Shown here piece by piece: positions 37,375 through 47,122 of a stretch of 64,000 nucleotides of DNA. The translations under genes and the position numbers were made by a program. The notes beneath the pieces were generated by a model. It was not told where the DNA came from. It saw nothing but the letters and a program-made list of their open reading frames with translations, and did no database searches. Source of the stretch: Burkholderiaceae bacterium (GTDB lineage: Bacteria > Pseudomonadota > Gammaproteobacteria > Burkholderiales > Burkholderiaceae). The number at the start of each line of letters is the position of its first letter. The stretch's first letter is position 1. Location: positions 108 to 64,107 of the forward strand of contig JAVKLU010000020.1 in the NCBI GenBank assembly GCA_031538895.1, given 5' to 3'.

Positions 37375-37487
37375 TTTAGCTAAATGACGAACAGTGTCAC
37401 GCATTCGCTTGACTTTGCCGTCTTTGATACTGCTATCAGACACCGCAACCACGCATTTTTTGACGTTCTTATTTCTCTCATCACACT

Positions 37488-39242
37488 ATGTCCAAGGAAA
37501 CCTTTATCACCAGCAAAGACGCCTCTTTAGAAAGCTCTATCCGCGTGTTGAGCGCGCAATTACTCGCGCTTGGTTTTCACATCGAAGAACGCTCATGGTT
37601 AAACGATGTTAAGGGCATTTGGTCAGTCCATATCAGCGATCGCGATTGTCCACGTTTGTTTAGCAATGGCAAAGGGGCCAGTCAATTGGCCGCACGCGCA
37701 TCCGCCTTGGGCGAGTATTTTGAACGTTTGGGAACCCATTATTTTTGGACCCATTTTTATTTAGGGGCAAAAAATGCCGTCAAGGAATTTGTCCATTACC
37801 CCAATGAAAAGTGGTTTCCACTATCCGACAAAACAGATCAATGGCCAAAAGAGATTTTGACGCCAGAGTTGCAAAAATTTTATAACCCAGATGGTGCGGT
37901 ATTGGCAAGTCAATTAGTTGATTTGAATTCAGGCTCCACTGCGCGCGGCATTTGCGCCATTCCTTATCAAAGGCTACGCGACGACGCGAGGGTTTATTTT
38001 CCCGTCAACCTGATTGGCAATTTATACGTCAGCAATGGCATGTCAGCGGGCAATACCAAAATCGAAGCACGCACGCAAGCCTTGTCTGAAATTTTTGAGC
38101 GTTACATCAAATTTCACATCATCAAAGACGGCCTGTGTTTGCCCGACGTGCCTGCGACTGTACTGGCGCGCTATCCACAGATTCAAGCAGGGATAGACGG
38201 ATTGCGCGCCGCAGGATATGGCATTTTGGTGAAAGATGCGTCTTTGGGTGGCCAATATCCCGTCATGTGCGTGACGCTGTTAAACCCCACAGATCAAGGT
38301 TGCTTTGCCAGTTTTGGGGCGCATCCGCGTTTTGAAGTCGCGCTAGAACGCGCACTGACCGAGCTTTTGCAAGGACGAGCGATTGACGATCTCACCGGTT
38401 TTGCCGAACCCGGATTTGATATGACCGAAATTGCTGACGCGCAAAATTTAGAAATTCATTTTGTTGATTCCAGTGGCGTGATTAGTTGGAATTTTTTGCG
38501 CAATACGCCAGATTACGAACTTGTCGATTGGAATTTTTCTCACACCACGCAACAGGATTACGACTGGTGCGTGAACACAATTCACGCCTGCCACAGTGAC
38601 GCGGGCTCCGGCGAAATCTATGTCGCTGATTTTGAACATTTGGGTGTTTACACCTGCCGCATTTTGGTGCCAGGCATATCAGAGATTTATCCCATTGAGG
38701 AATTGCAATGGCAAAACAATAGCGTGGGAAATTTAGTCCGTCCCGCCCTGCTGGACCTCCCCAATTTAAGCGTCACGGCGTGTCGCGAGTTATTAGACAC
38801 TTTTTTGGAACTCGACTTGGCCGACGAGTTGCCACTGACCACACTGATCGGTCTGGCCGCTGACCCAAACACTATTTGGGCGACGATGCGCGTGGGTGAG
38901 ATCAAAGCTTTGCTGGGCATTGCGGTCAAAGATCATGAGGTTATTTTGGACGCGTGTTCTTGGATTCGTCAGTTTGGTCAAATGACCGAAGAGCGCGCAC
39001 GCGTCTATCGTTGTATCGCCAACATTGTGCAATTGGAAGACGAAATGGAAACACTCTATGACTTTATCGATCAATTGCAATTGATTTACGGCGCACCAAC
39101 ATTCGCACAAGCGCAGAAATTACTGGGCGGTCAAAGTGTGGGCAGCGAGCGATTTTTTGGTCTTAATACGCTGGGGCCCAATATGGAAGGCAGCCAAATG
39201 CACACACAGATTTTGATCGCGTATGACAAGGTACTGGGATAA
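37488..39242 (+). CDS. ycaO: YcaO-type protein
   Basis: 584 aa, collinear with E. coli YcaO from the N-terminus (…KDASLESSI…LGFHIEERSWLN…WSVHI.D..C…SNGKGAS…A.ASALGEYFERL). Confidence 0.9.
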   Translation: MSKETFITSKDASLESSIRVLSAQLLALGFHIEERSWLNDVKGIWSVHISDRDCPRLFSNGKGASQLAARASALGEYFERLGTHYFWTHFYLGAKNAVKEFVHYPNEKWFPLSDKTDQWPKEILTPELQKFYNPDGAVLASQLVDLNSGSTARGICAIPYQRLRDDARVYFPVNLIGNLYVSNGMSAGNTKIEARTQALSEIFERYIKFHIIKDGLCLPDVPATVLARYPQIQAGIDGLRAAGYGILVKDASLGGQYPVMCVTLLNPTDQGCFASFGAHPRFEVALERALTELLQGRAIDDLTGFAEPGFDMTEIADAQNLEIHFVDSSGVISWNFLRNTPDYELVDWNFSHTTQQDYDWCVNTIHACHSDAGSGEIYVADFEHLGVYTCRILVPGISEIYPIEELQWQNNSVGNLVRPALLDLPNLSVTACRELLDTFLELDLADELPLTTLIGLAADPNTIWATMRVGEIKALLGIAVKDHEVILDACSWIRQFGQMTEERARVYRCIANIVQLEDEMETLYDFIDQLQLIYGAPTFAQAQKLLGGQSVGSERFFGLNTLGPNMEGSQMHTQILIAYDKVLG

Positions 39243-39301
39243 GAAGTCAGGGCTGATTCTGTTCTAAAAATTCAGATTTCAAACATTCATGTTTCAAAAG
39301 C

Positions 39302-39339
39302 TCATGTGCGCGATTAAAATAATTCAAGCGCGCACATGA
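39302..39339. terminator. 11-bp-stem hairpin between convergent ycaO and the SBP gene
   Basis: TCATGTGCGCG-16 nt-CGCGCACATGA. There is a short T-run only on the minus-strand side (GCTTTTG). Confidence 0.45.
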
Positions 39340-39360
39340 TTGACAAATGACCCGTTCTTT

Positions 39361-40575
39361 TTATGACTTTTTAATCAAAGGACATTTTGATGCCGACAAC
39401 GGTTGAAAGGCGGTATCCGCAGGGATTGTTGCGCGGACGTTGTAATAATCCCAAGGGCCTTTTGATTCTGCCGGTTTTTTAACTTGTAGCAAATACATAT
39501 CGTGAACCATACGGCCATCGTCACGAATTTTGCCGTTTTTAGCAAAGAAATCGTTGACCGGCGTTTTCTTCATTTGTGTCATCACTTTTGCTGTGTCATC
39601 GCTATTAATCGCTTTGACTGCGTTTAAGTAATGCAGTATTGACGAATACTGGCCCGCTTGCACCATGGTTGGCATTTTTTTATGCAACTCAAAAAAACGT
39701 TTTGACCATGCCCGCGTCGCATCGTTCAAATCCCAATAAAAACCTTCGGTCAAATACATGTTTTGCGTCGTTTTCAAACCCAAAGAATTCACGTCTGAAA
39801 TAAACATCAATAAACCCGCCAAGGATTGTTTTTCGGTAATGCCAAATTCAGCAGCTTGTTTGATCGAGTTAATCGTATCGCCACCGGCGTTTGCCAAACC
39901 AATCACTTGCGCGCCCGAGCTTTGCGCTTTTAACAAGAACGATGAAAAATCAGTTCCGGGGAAAGGATGACGCACAGAACCGACGACTTCGCCACCGTTA
40001 GCTTTAACCACATCGCTTGCGTCTTTTTCCAAAGACTGACCAAAGGCGTAATCCGCCGTTAAAAAGAACCATTTTTTACCACCTTGTTTGGTCACTGCAC
40101 CCGCTGTGCCTTTAGATACTGAGTAGGTATCGTAAGTCCAATGCACCGACACATCATTACAGTTTTCGTTAGTGATCAAGGTTGAACCTGCGCCTGAAAT
40201 CAAGGCGATTTTGTTTTTCTCTTTAGCGATTTTTTGTACGGCTAAGGCCGTTGAGGTGGTGACTAATTCTGAAACCACATTCACCTGATCTTTTTCAAAC
40301 CATTCCCGCGCTTTGTTGGCCGCGATGTCCGCTTTGTTTTGATGATCTGCCGAGACTATTTCAATTTTGAATTTTGGTTTTTCTTGTTTGATGAAATCAT
40401 CAATCGCCATTTGCGTGGCAACAATCGTCCCTTGACCGGCTAAATCGGAATACAAACCCGATAAATCAGTCAACACACCAATTTTGATTACGCCATTGCT
40501 GACTTGAGCTTGGGCACTCATACCAATGGTGAGGGCGCATATCGGAACGAGTAAACGTTTAATCATATTTTTCAT
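39361..40575 (-). CDS. ABC transporter substrate-binding protein (LivJ/branched-chain amino-acid-type family)
   Basis: SD AAGGAG before the ATG at 40575 and a signal peptide MKNMIKRLLVPICALTIGMSAQA. Type I periplasmic binding fold pattern, last gene of a Liv-type operon. Confidence 0.8.
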   Translation of the reverse strand: MKNMIKRLLVPICALTIGMSAQAQVSNGVIKIGVLTDLSGLYSDLAGQGTIVATQMAIDDFIKQEKPKFKIEIVSADHQNKADIAANKAREWFEKDQVNVVSELVTTSTALAVQKIAKEKNKIALISGAGSTLITNENCNDVSVHWTYDTYSVSKGTAGAVTKQGGKKWFFLTADYAFGQSLEKDASDVVKANGGEVVGSVRHPFPGTDFSSFLLKAQSSGAQVIGLANAGGDTINSIKQAAEFGITEKQSLAGLLMFISDVNSLGLKTTQNMYLTEGFYWDLNDATRAWSKRFFELHKKMPTMVQAGQYSSILHYLNAVKAINSDDTAKVMTQMKKTPVNDFFAKNGKIRDDGRMVHDMYLLQVKKPAESKGPWDYYNVRATIPADTAFQPLSASKCPLIKKS

Positions 40576-40718
40576 ACATTCTCCTTGTTTAACATCATCA
40601 AAAAATACCGCTTTAAAAAATGACCTGATCCCACAACTACAAAAAAACCACACACAAAAACAACTCATACACAAAAATTCACACAAAAAATGACGTGTCG
40701 CATTAAAAATCACTAAAT

Positions 40719-41441
40719 CTATACCCCGAGCAACTGATGTAGGGTTGAGGTTTGTGCCGCCAACTCCGATTGTTCAATCGTCATCACGATTTGCCCATGC
40801 TCCAACACAAAATGTCGATCAGCTAAAGGCGCAGCAAAACGAAAGTTCTGCTCAACCAACACGATCGTATAACCGCGCTTTTTCAGCAAGATCATCACTT
40901 GTGCAATTTTTTTGACGATCACAGGCGCCAAGCCTTCGGTGATTTCATCCAATAACAATAAACGCGCGCCGGTACGCAAAATTCGCGCCATCGCCAGCAT
41001 TTGCTGTTCGCCGCCCGACAAGCGCATTCCTGGACTGTGTCGACGTTCGTAAAGATTGGGGAATAATTCATAGATTTCATCCAAACTCATTGGCGGCTGC
41101 GCGGCACCTGCTCCTTTGTATTCAATCAAAGGCGGTAACAATAAATTTTCTTCTGCGCTTAAACCCGCAAAAATCCCGCGCTCTTCCGGACAATAACCGA
41201 CGCCCAAACGCGCGATCACATGTGGTGCGTCATCAATAATGTCACGACCTTTCAATTGAATCTGACCGGTTTTGCGTCCGGTCAAACCGATGATTGCTTT
41301 TAATGTCGTGCTGCGACCAGCGCCGTTGCGCCCCAATAAAGTCACCAGTTCGCCTTCGTTGACCGAAAAACTCAAGCCATGCAAAATGTGCGAATCACCG
41401 TAGTAGGCGTGTAAATCTTTGACGGTTAAATAAGCGCTCAT
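40719..41441 (-). CDS. ABC transporter ATP-binding protein (LivF-like)
   Basis: Walker A GRNGAGRST, signature LSGGEQQML, Walker B LLLLDE. Confidence 0.85.
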   Translation of the reverse strand: MSAYLTVKDLHAYYGDSHILHGLSFSVNEGELVTLLGRNGAGRSTTLKAIIGLTGRKTGQIQLKGRDIIDDAPHVIARLGVGYCPEERGIFAGLSAEENLLLPPLIEYKGAGAAQPPMSLDEIYELFPNLYERRHSPGMRLSGGEQQMLAMARILRTGARLLLLDEITEGLAPVIVKKIAQVMILLKKRGYTIVLVEQNFRFAAPLADRHFVLEHGQIVMTIEQSELAAQTSTLHQLLGV

Positions 41442-42229
41442 GCGTGGACCTCCGTTGTTGCGTTGACATTCAAAACCTCTTGAGCAATATCAACGCCAAG
41501 GTAAGCGCTTAATACGCGCGGGTCCTGCGACACCGTGGCGTAATCGCCTTCTGACAAAATTTGCCCCGCTTGCAGTACCGTAATCTGATCGCACAAACTT
41601 TCCACCACCGACAAATTATGTTCAACCATCACGACAGTGCGTTGGCGTGCCACTTTACGAATCAGTTCAACCACGCGCGCGATGTCTTCGTGCCCCATTC
41701 CCTGGGTGGGTTCATCCAGCAACATCAATTGCGGGTCCAGCGCCAAAGTCGTCGCAATTTCCAAGGCGCGCTTACGTCCATAAGGTAATTCGACGGTGAG
41801 TGTGTTAGCGACGTCTTGCAAATCAACGTTCTTGAGCAAATCCATCGCTCGCTGATTCACGCTGTCTAAACATTTTTCGGCACGCCAAAAATAAAATGAA
41901 TCTTTACGATGGCGTTGTAGCGCCACGCGCACGTTGTCGATGACCGTTAAATGTGGAAAGGTGGCCGAAATTTGGAACGAGCGCACCATGCCTAAACGCG
42001 CGGTTTTTACTTGACTCAAACGCGTGATGTTTTGACCCTTAAACCAAATGCTGCCCGCACTTGATTGATGTACACCGGTCAACAAATTAAAGACTGTCGT
42101 TTTGCCCGCGCCATTGGGCCCGATCAAAGCGTGAATCGATCCTTCGGTGACTTTCAGATCGACATTTTTGACGGCCGAAAAACCTAAAAATTCTTTGCTC
42201 AGTTGACGAGTTTCTAAAATAAAAGTCAT
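41438..42229 (-). CDS. ABC transporter ATP-binding protein (LivG-like)
   Basis: Walker A GPNGAGKTT, Walker B LMLLDEP. ATG at 42229 (MTFILETRQLSKEF) chosen because the longer ORF overlaps the upstream acyl-CoA synthetase gene. Confidence 0.85.
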   Translation of the reverse strand: MTFILETRQLSKEFLGFSAVKNVDLKVTEGSIHALIGPNGAGKTTVFNLLTGVHQSSAGSIWFKGQNITRLSQVKTARLGMVRSFQISATFPHLTVIDNVRVALQRHRKDSFYFWRAEKCLDSVNQRAMDLLKNVDLQDVANTLTVELPYGRKRALEIATTLALDPQLMLLDEPTQGMGHEDIARVVELIRKVARQRTVVMVEHNLSVVESLCDQITVLQAGQILSEGDYATVSQDPRVLSAYLGVDIAQEVLNVNATTEVHA

Positions 42230-42248
42230 AGTCCTTATTGCATAGTCG

Positions 42249-43907
42249 TTATTGAATCGCGTCAGTAGACTTTGCGTGATCACGCAAAACGAATTTTTGA
42301 ATCTTGCCCGTCGCGGTTTTTGGCAACACACCAAAGACCACGCGCTTAGGGGTTTTAAATCCTGCCAGCACGGTTTTGCAATACTGCATGATTTCTTCTG
42401 CGCTGACCATTGCGCCGGATTTAAGCTCAACAAAGGCGCACGGCACTTCACCCCATTTGTCGTCAGGCATTGCCACCACCGCGGCTGACAAGACCGCAGG
42501 ATGGCTGTGTAGCGCATCCTCAACTTCAATCGACGAAACATTTTCGCCGCCCGAAATAATGATGTCTTTGCTGCGATCTTTAATTTTGATATAGCCATCG
42601 GGATAGCACACCGCTAAATCTCCCGTATGGAACCAGCCACCAGCAAAGCTTGCCGCCGTTGCTGCCGGATTTTTTAAATAACCTTTCATCACAATATTGC
42701 CGCGAAAAAAAATCTCGCCTATGGTTGTGCCATCCATCGGCACGGGCTCAAGCGTATCAGGGTTCAGAACCATCACTGCTTCTTGCAAGGGATAGCTAAC
42801 GCCTTGACGCCCATTCAAACGCGCACGCTCTTCACGCGACAAATCGCTCCAATGTTCTTGCTTGACGCACAGCGCCGCTGGGCCATACACCTCGGTCAAA
42901 CCATAAACGTGAGTTAAATTGATGCCGATAGCTTCACAGCCTTCAATCACAGCCGGCGCAGGCGCGGCGCCTGCGATAAAGCCTTGTACCGTATGTGTGA
43001 TTCCTTGGCGAATTTCTGGGGGCGCGTTGATTAACAAGCTGTACACAATCGGCGCGCCACACATATGCGTGACCTGATGCTCGCGAATTAACGGAAACAC
43101 CTCGGCCGGATCAACGCGACGGCAACACACGCTGGTTCCCGCATTCAGCGCCATCGTCCAAGGAAAACACCAGCCGTTGCAATGAAACATGGGCAAAGTC
43201 CATAAATACACCGGATGAATTGGCAAACTCCACGATATCGCATTACTGACCGCATTTAAATACGCACCGCGATGATGCACCACCACACCTTTGGGATCGC
43301 CAGTCGTTCCCGAGGTGTAATTCAGGGCAATCGCATCCCATTCATCATGAGGTAAGGACCAGGCAAAATTTGGATCACCTTGCGCTAAAAAATCTTCGTA
43401 CGTAATCGTTCCCAAGGCTTTATTAGCTGGCGCGGTGTCGTCTTCCACTTCAATGACCAAAGGTGCAGAGTCACCCAAAATTGCCAGTGCTTTTTCAATC
43501 GTTGCGGCAAATTCAGGATCGGTCAACAACACCCGCGCACCGGAATGACTCAACATAAAAGCAATACTGGCACCATCTAAACGCGTGTTCAAAGTATTCA
43601 ATACCGCGCCACTCATGGGGACCCCAAAATGACATTCAAACATCGCCGGAACATTGGGCAACATGACCGCCACGGTGTCGCCGACACCAATACCTTTTTG
43701 CTGCAAAGCACTGGCCAAGCGGCGTGAGTGCGTATAAGTCTGGCGCCAGGTTTGACGATGCGGGCCATAAATTAAGGCGCAATGCTCGGGGAAAATTTGT
43801 GCGGCGCGCTGAATAAAACTCAAGGGCGAGAGCGCCACAAAATTGGCCAAATTTTTATCCAAACCTTGCAAATACGGATTATTGTTAGAACTGATTTGAG
43901 AATTCAT
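42249..43907 (-). CDS. AMP-dependent acyl-CoA synthetase/ligase
   Basis: AMP-binding motif YTSGTTGDPKGV, GYGLTE-like YGLTEVYG, and the C-terminal K in PKTATGKIQK. SD AAGGAG before the ATG at 43907. Confidence 0.85.
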   Translation of the reverse strand: MNSQISSNNNPYLQGLDKNLANFVALSPLSFIQRAAQIFPEHCALIYGPHRQTWRQTYTHSRRLASALQQKGIGVGDTVAVMLPNVPAMFECHFGVPMSGAVLNTLNTRLDGASIAFMLSHSGARVLLTDPEFAATIEKALAILGDSAPLVIEVEDDTAPANKALGTITYEDFLAQGDPNFAWSLPHDEWDAIALNYTSGTTGDPKGVVVHHRGAYLNAVSNAISWSLPIHPVYLWTLPMFHCNGWCFPWTMALNAGTSVCCRRVDPAEVFPLIREHQVTHMCGAPIVYSLLINAPPEIRQGITHTVQGFIAGAAPAPAVIEGCEAIGINLTHVYGLTEVYGPAALCVKQEHWSDLSREERARLNGRQGVSYPLQEAVMVLNPDTLEPVPMDGTTIGEIFFRGNIVMKGYLKNPAATAASFAGGWFHTGDLAVCYPDGYIKIKDRSKDIIISGGENVSSIEVEDALHSHPAVLSAAVVAMPDDKWGEVPCAFVELKSGAMVSAEEIMQYCKTVLAGFKTPKRVVFGVLPKTATGKIQKFVLRDHAKSTDAIQ

Positions 43908-43977
43908 TCGTGCTCTCCTTAAAGCGCTCAATTAGCAAGGAAAAACTCCATGTCTATGGGTAGATTCACGACTCCGA

Positions 43978-44970
43978 TCAACGGGGTTTTCGCCAACTGA
44001 CCCAACGACTGATTTCTCCCACAACGCCACGGCGGAATAACAAAACACACAAGATAAAAATTACCCCCATGATCACAGTGACCCACGAACCCACTTTGTC
44101 GGCCAATAAATTCTCCAAACCGACGATCACGCTGGCGCCAACAATCGGCCCCAACAAGGTTCCCAAACCACCCAATAGCGTCATCAGCACCACTTGTCCT
44201 GACATGTGCCAATGCACATCAGTCAGCGACACCAATTGAAAGACCAAGGCTTTGGTTGAACCCGCTAAACCGGCCAATGCAGCGGACAAAATAAACGCTA
44301 ATAGTTTGTAACGTGCGGCGTCAAACCCTAAAGAAATGGCGCGGGCTTCGTTTTCACGAATCGCTTTGAGTACGCGTCCGAAAGGCGAATGGATAACGCG
44401 GTGAATCAAGGCATAGCCACCTAAAAATACGCACAACACAAAGTAATACATCGTCAAGTTTTCCGACAAATCAAACACGCCAAACAAATAGCCGCGCGGA
44501 ATTCCTTGCAGTCCGTCTTCGCCACCGGTAAACTTTAATTGCAAGGCCAAAAAGAAAACCAGTTGTGCCAAACCCAAAGTAATCATCGCAAAATAAATTC
44601 CAGAGCGGCGAATCGCTAACACGCCAAACAGCGCGCCCATACATGCACCAGTCAAAGTCCCAGCAAGCAAGCCCAGTTCCGGCGACCAGCCCATGTTGTG
44701 GCACAAGTAGCCCATCACATACGCCGATCCGCCAAAAAATGCGGCATGTCCAAACGATAACAATCCGGCAAACCCCAAGAGCAAGTTAAACGCGCAGGCA
44801 AACAAAGCAAAGCACAACACTTTCATCAAAAAAGTGGGGTACATCAAAAACGGCGCGATACTGCCAATCAAGATCAGCGCGATAAAAGTCAAAATCGTGC
44901 GCCGTTGCGCGCTCATAAAAAAAGAGGGCATGATGGATTTAATAAATGTGAAATCATCAATTTGATTCAA
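43978..44970 (-). CDS. branched-chain amino-acid-type ABC permease (LivM-like)
   Basis: Polytopic membrane protein with the LivM-type layout. Operon context. Confidence 0.8.
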   Translation of the reverse strand: MNQIDDFTFIKSIMPSFFMSAQRRTILTFIALILIGSIAPFLMYPTFLMKVLCFALFACAFNLLLGFAGLLSFGHAAFFGGSAYVMGYLCHNMGWSPELGLLAGTLTGACMGALFGVLAIRRSGIYFAMITLGLAQLVFFLALQLKFTGGEDGLQGIPRGYLFGVFDLSENLTMYYFVLCVFLGGYALIHRVIHSPFGRVLKAIRENEARAISLGFDAARYKLLAFILSAALAGLAGSTKALVFQLVSLTDVHWHMSGQVVLMTLLGGLGTLLGPIVGASVIVGLENLLADKVGSWVTVIMGVIFILCVLLFRRGVVGEISRWVSWRKPR

Positions 44971-45034
44971 TCAATTGTTGTACAAAAAATCGTGATCGCC
45001 TGTTCAGCATATTCCCAACTGGCGGCGCGGCAAT

Positions 45035-45919
45035 TTATGCGGTTTTACCAAACAAACCTGCCGGTCGCAACACTAATACCAATACCATAATCAAAAAAAT
45101 CACCACAGCAGACGCTTCAGGATAAAAAAATCGCGTGAAGCCTTCGATGATGCCCAGCATTACGCCAGTAATCACACCGCCCATAATTGACCCCATTCCA
45201 CCGATCACCACCACGGCAAACACCACGATGATCAGATTTGATCCCATGACTGGCGTCACTTGCATAATTGGCGCCGCTAACACGCCGGCAAACGCCGCCA
45301 GTGCGGCACCGGCGGCATAAGTCGCGGTAATCATCAAAGGCACATTAATGCCCAAAGCCTGTACCAAATCGGGACCTTGTGTCGCCGCGCGCAGGGTGGC
45401 ACCCAAACGCGTGCGTTCGATCAGATACCAGGCGATGAAACACACTACCAATGCCACCACTACCACCACCGCACGGTAAATCGGCAAATACATAAAACCC
45501 AAATTCATGCCCCCTTTTAACCATTGGGGCACTTCATACGACAATCCCGAGATGCCATAAAAATGGCGGAACACACCTTCGGCGATCAAAGCCAGACCAA
45601 AAGTCAAAAGCAATCCATACAAATGGTCTTGTTGATATAAATGACGCAACAATAGACGTTCGATCAGTATCGCAATTCCGGCCATGATTAAGGGGGCAAT
45701 CAGCAAAGCCCAAAAAAATGAAATACCCCAATACTCCAACAACATCCACGCGATGAATGCACCGATCATGTATTGCGCGCCGTGCGCAAAGTTGATGATG
45801 TTTAACAGGCCAAAAATAATCGCCAAACCCAAACTTAAAATCGCATAAAACGAGCCGTTAATCAGTCCAAGTAACAACTGTCCGAGCAAAGCTGGAAGAG
45901 AAATACCAAAAATTTCCAT
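45035..45919 (-). CDS. branched-chain amino-acid-type ABC permease (LivH-like)
   Basis: MEIFGISLPALLGQLLLGLINGSFYAILSLGLAIIFG is a typical LivH N-terminus. The start was trimmed from the GTG at 46003. Confidence 0.8.
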   Translation of the reverse strand: MEIFGISLPALLGQLLLGLINGSFYAILSLGLAIIFGLLNIINFAHGAQYMIGAFIAWMLLEYWGISFFWALLIAPLIMAGIAILIERLLLRHLYQQDHLYGLLLTFGLALIAEGVFRHFYGISGLSYEVPQWLKGGMNLGFMYLPIYRAVVVVVALVVCFIAWYLIERTRLGATLRAATQGPDLVQALGINVPLMITATYAAGAALAAFAGVLAAPIMQVTPVMGSNLIIVVFAVVVIGGMGSIMGGVITGVMLGIIEGFTRFFYPEASAVVIFLIMVLVLVLRPAGLFGKTA

Positions 45920-46375
45920 AAATCGATCCGTAAATAAATCAATAACAAATAGCTCAATAGCAACTAGCTCAATCACCAATCCATCAGTCATATTCCACCG
46001 CACTATTCGCGATCAGGGTTTGTTCTGGACGATAGAGAATCCCCACACCCTCAGCAAAGAATGGCGAAGATCGCGGTCTGTCTCACGATGTGCCTTTAGC
46101 GATTGTAAACACTGCTGTGATTGCGCTACGTGGAGCCATTACTTCATGCAACTAAAACCTCTAAATTGATGCAATGGCGCAGATACTGTCTCAACTATTT
46201 TTAATGATGATTGCCAATATATTCGCGCTGCCTTACAAACAAATTGCACACGATTGCACGCGATACCCTTCATCAAAATCAGGAGCAAAATGAGACGGTA
46301 ATCCCCCATAAATTAAAAGCAGTCACATGTAATCCTTTGCACTGTAATTCTTTACATTCGCACGCGCGTGATGCG

Positions 46376-47077
46376 CTAGATCGGTTCTGTCGTCGGTGAT
46401 AAAGAATGCCACCACAATGGCCACAATTCTGTCGGCGCGGTCACCACATAGGCCGCGCTTTGACTACTTGCTTCTGGCGTCAAGATAATTTGTGACGCGA
46501 TGGCGCGATTAGACACGCTCACCATGCGGTCAGGCGCCAACTCTAGCCCATCCAAAGGCCAGAATAATCCCTGACTGTAGGAAAAGCGCATTGACCTCAA
46601 GGCCAGCACGCCGATGGGCGCCTCAGGCTGCACGGCAAAAGACTGCGCACCAACGCACACCCGAGAGACTTGCGCATCGTCAAGTAATAAAAATTTTTGC
46701 GGATTGATCAAAGCACTTGTGTGACATAAATTGGCCAGACTGGCCAAGACCGCCATGGTGTGATCCAAACGCCCACCGCTAAAGCCTAAAGCACACCACA
46801 CTCGTGCAGAAAACTGTGCCAAGGCTTTATCAAAATCAGTATTGTCTTGGTTAGCTTGATGCCAATGTCGTCGCGCCGGCAGTCTTGCGCCCCCGCTGTC
46901 AAAATCACCAATCAAATCGTCAACTTGAACGTCTATTTGTTGCGCGTAAAGCGCCCCGCCATCAGCCGCCACCACACGCAAAGACGAATGATGTCCGCGT
47001 AAATACTGTTCAGTTTGTGCCAATAACACCAAATCAACTGGCGCATTACCAATCAACAAAATGGCATCGTCAATCAT
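46376..47077 (-). CDS. thiamine pyrophosphokinase-like protein
   Basis: About 230 aa with AADGGA and GDFDS motifs resembling TPK catalytic-domain signatures. Assignment is tentative. Confidence 0.55.
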   Translation of the reverse strand: MIDDAILLIGNAPVDLVLLAQTEQYLRGHHSSLRVVAADGGALYAQQIDVQVDDLIGDFDSGGARLPARRHWHQANQDNTDFDKALAQFSARVWCALGFSGGRLDHTMAVLASLANLCHTSALINPQKFLLLDDAQVSRVCVGAQSFAVQPEAPIGVLALRSMRFSYSQGLFWPLDGLELAPDRMVSVSNRAIASQIILTPEASSQSAAYVVTAPTELWPLWWHSLSPTTEPI

Positions 47078-47122
47078 AAATTTATCGCACGAATAAAAAC
47101 GCTTACAAATTGTTTGTGCCGA

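Noticed and set aside
42230-42598. N-terminal extension of about 120 aa on the LivG-like ORF. Similar upstream extensions occur on lysA, rplS, the SBP gene, the LivH-like gene, phoU and the RfaH-like gene.
   Set aside because: The extensions overlap neighbouring genes or are compositionally odd. Conserved N-termini with good SD sequences begin at internal ATGs, which I used instead.
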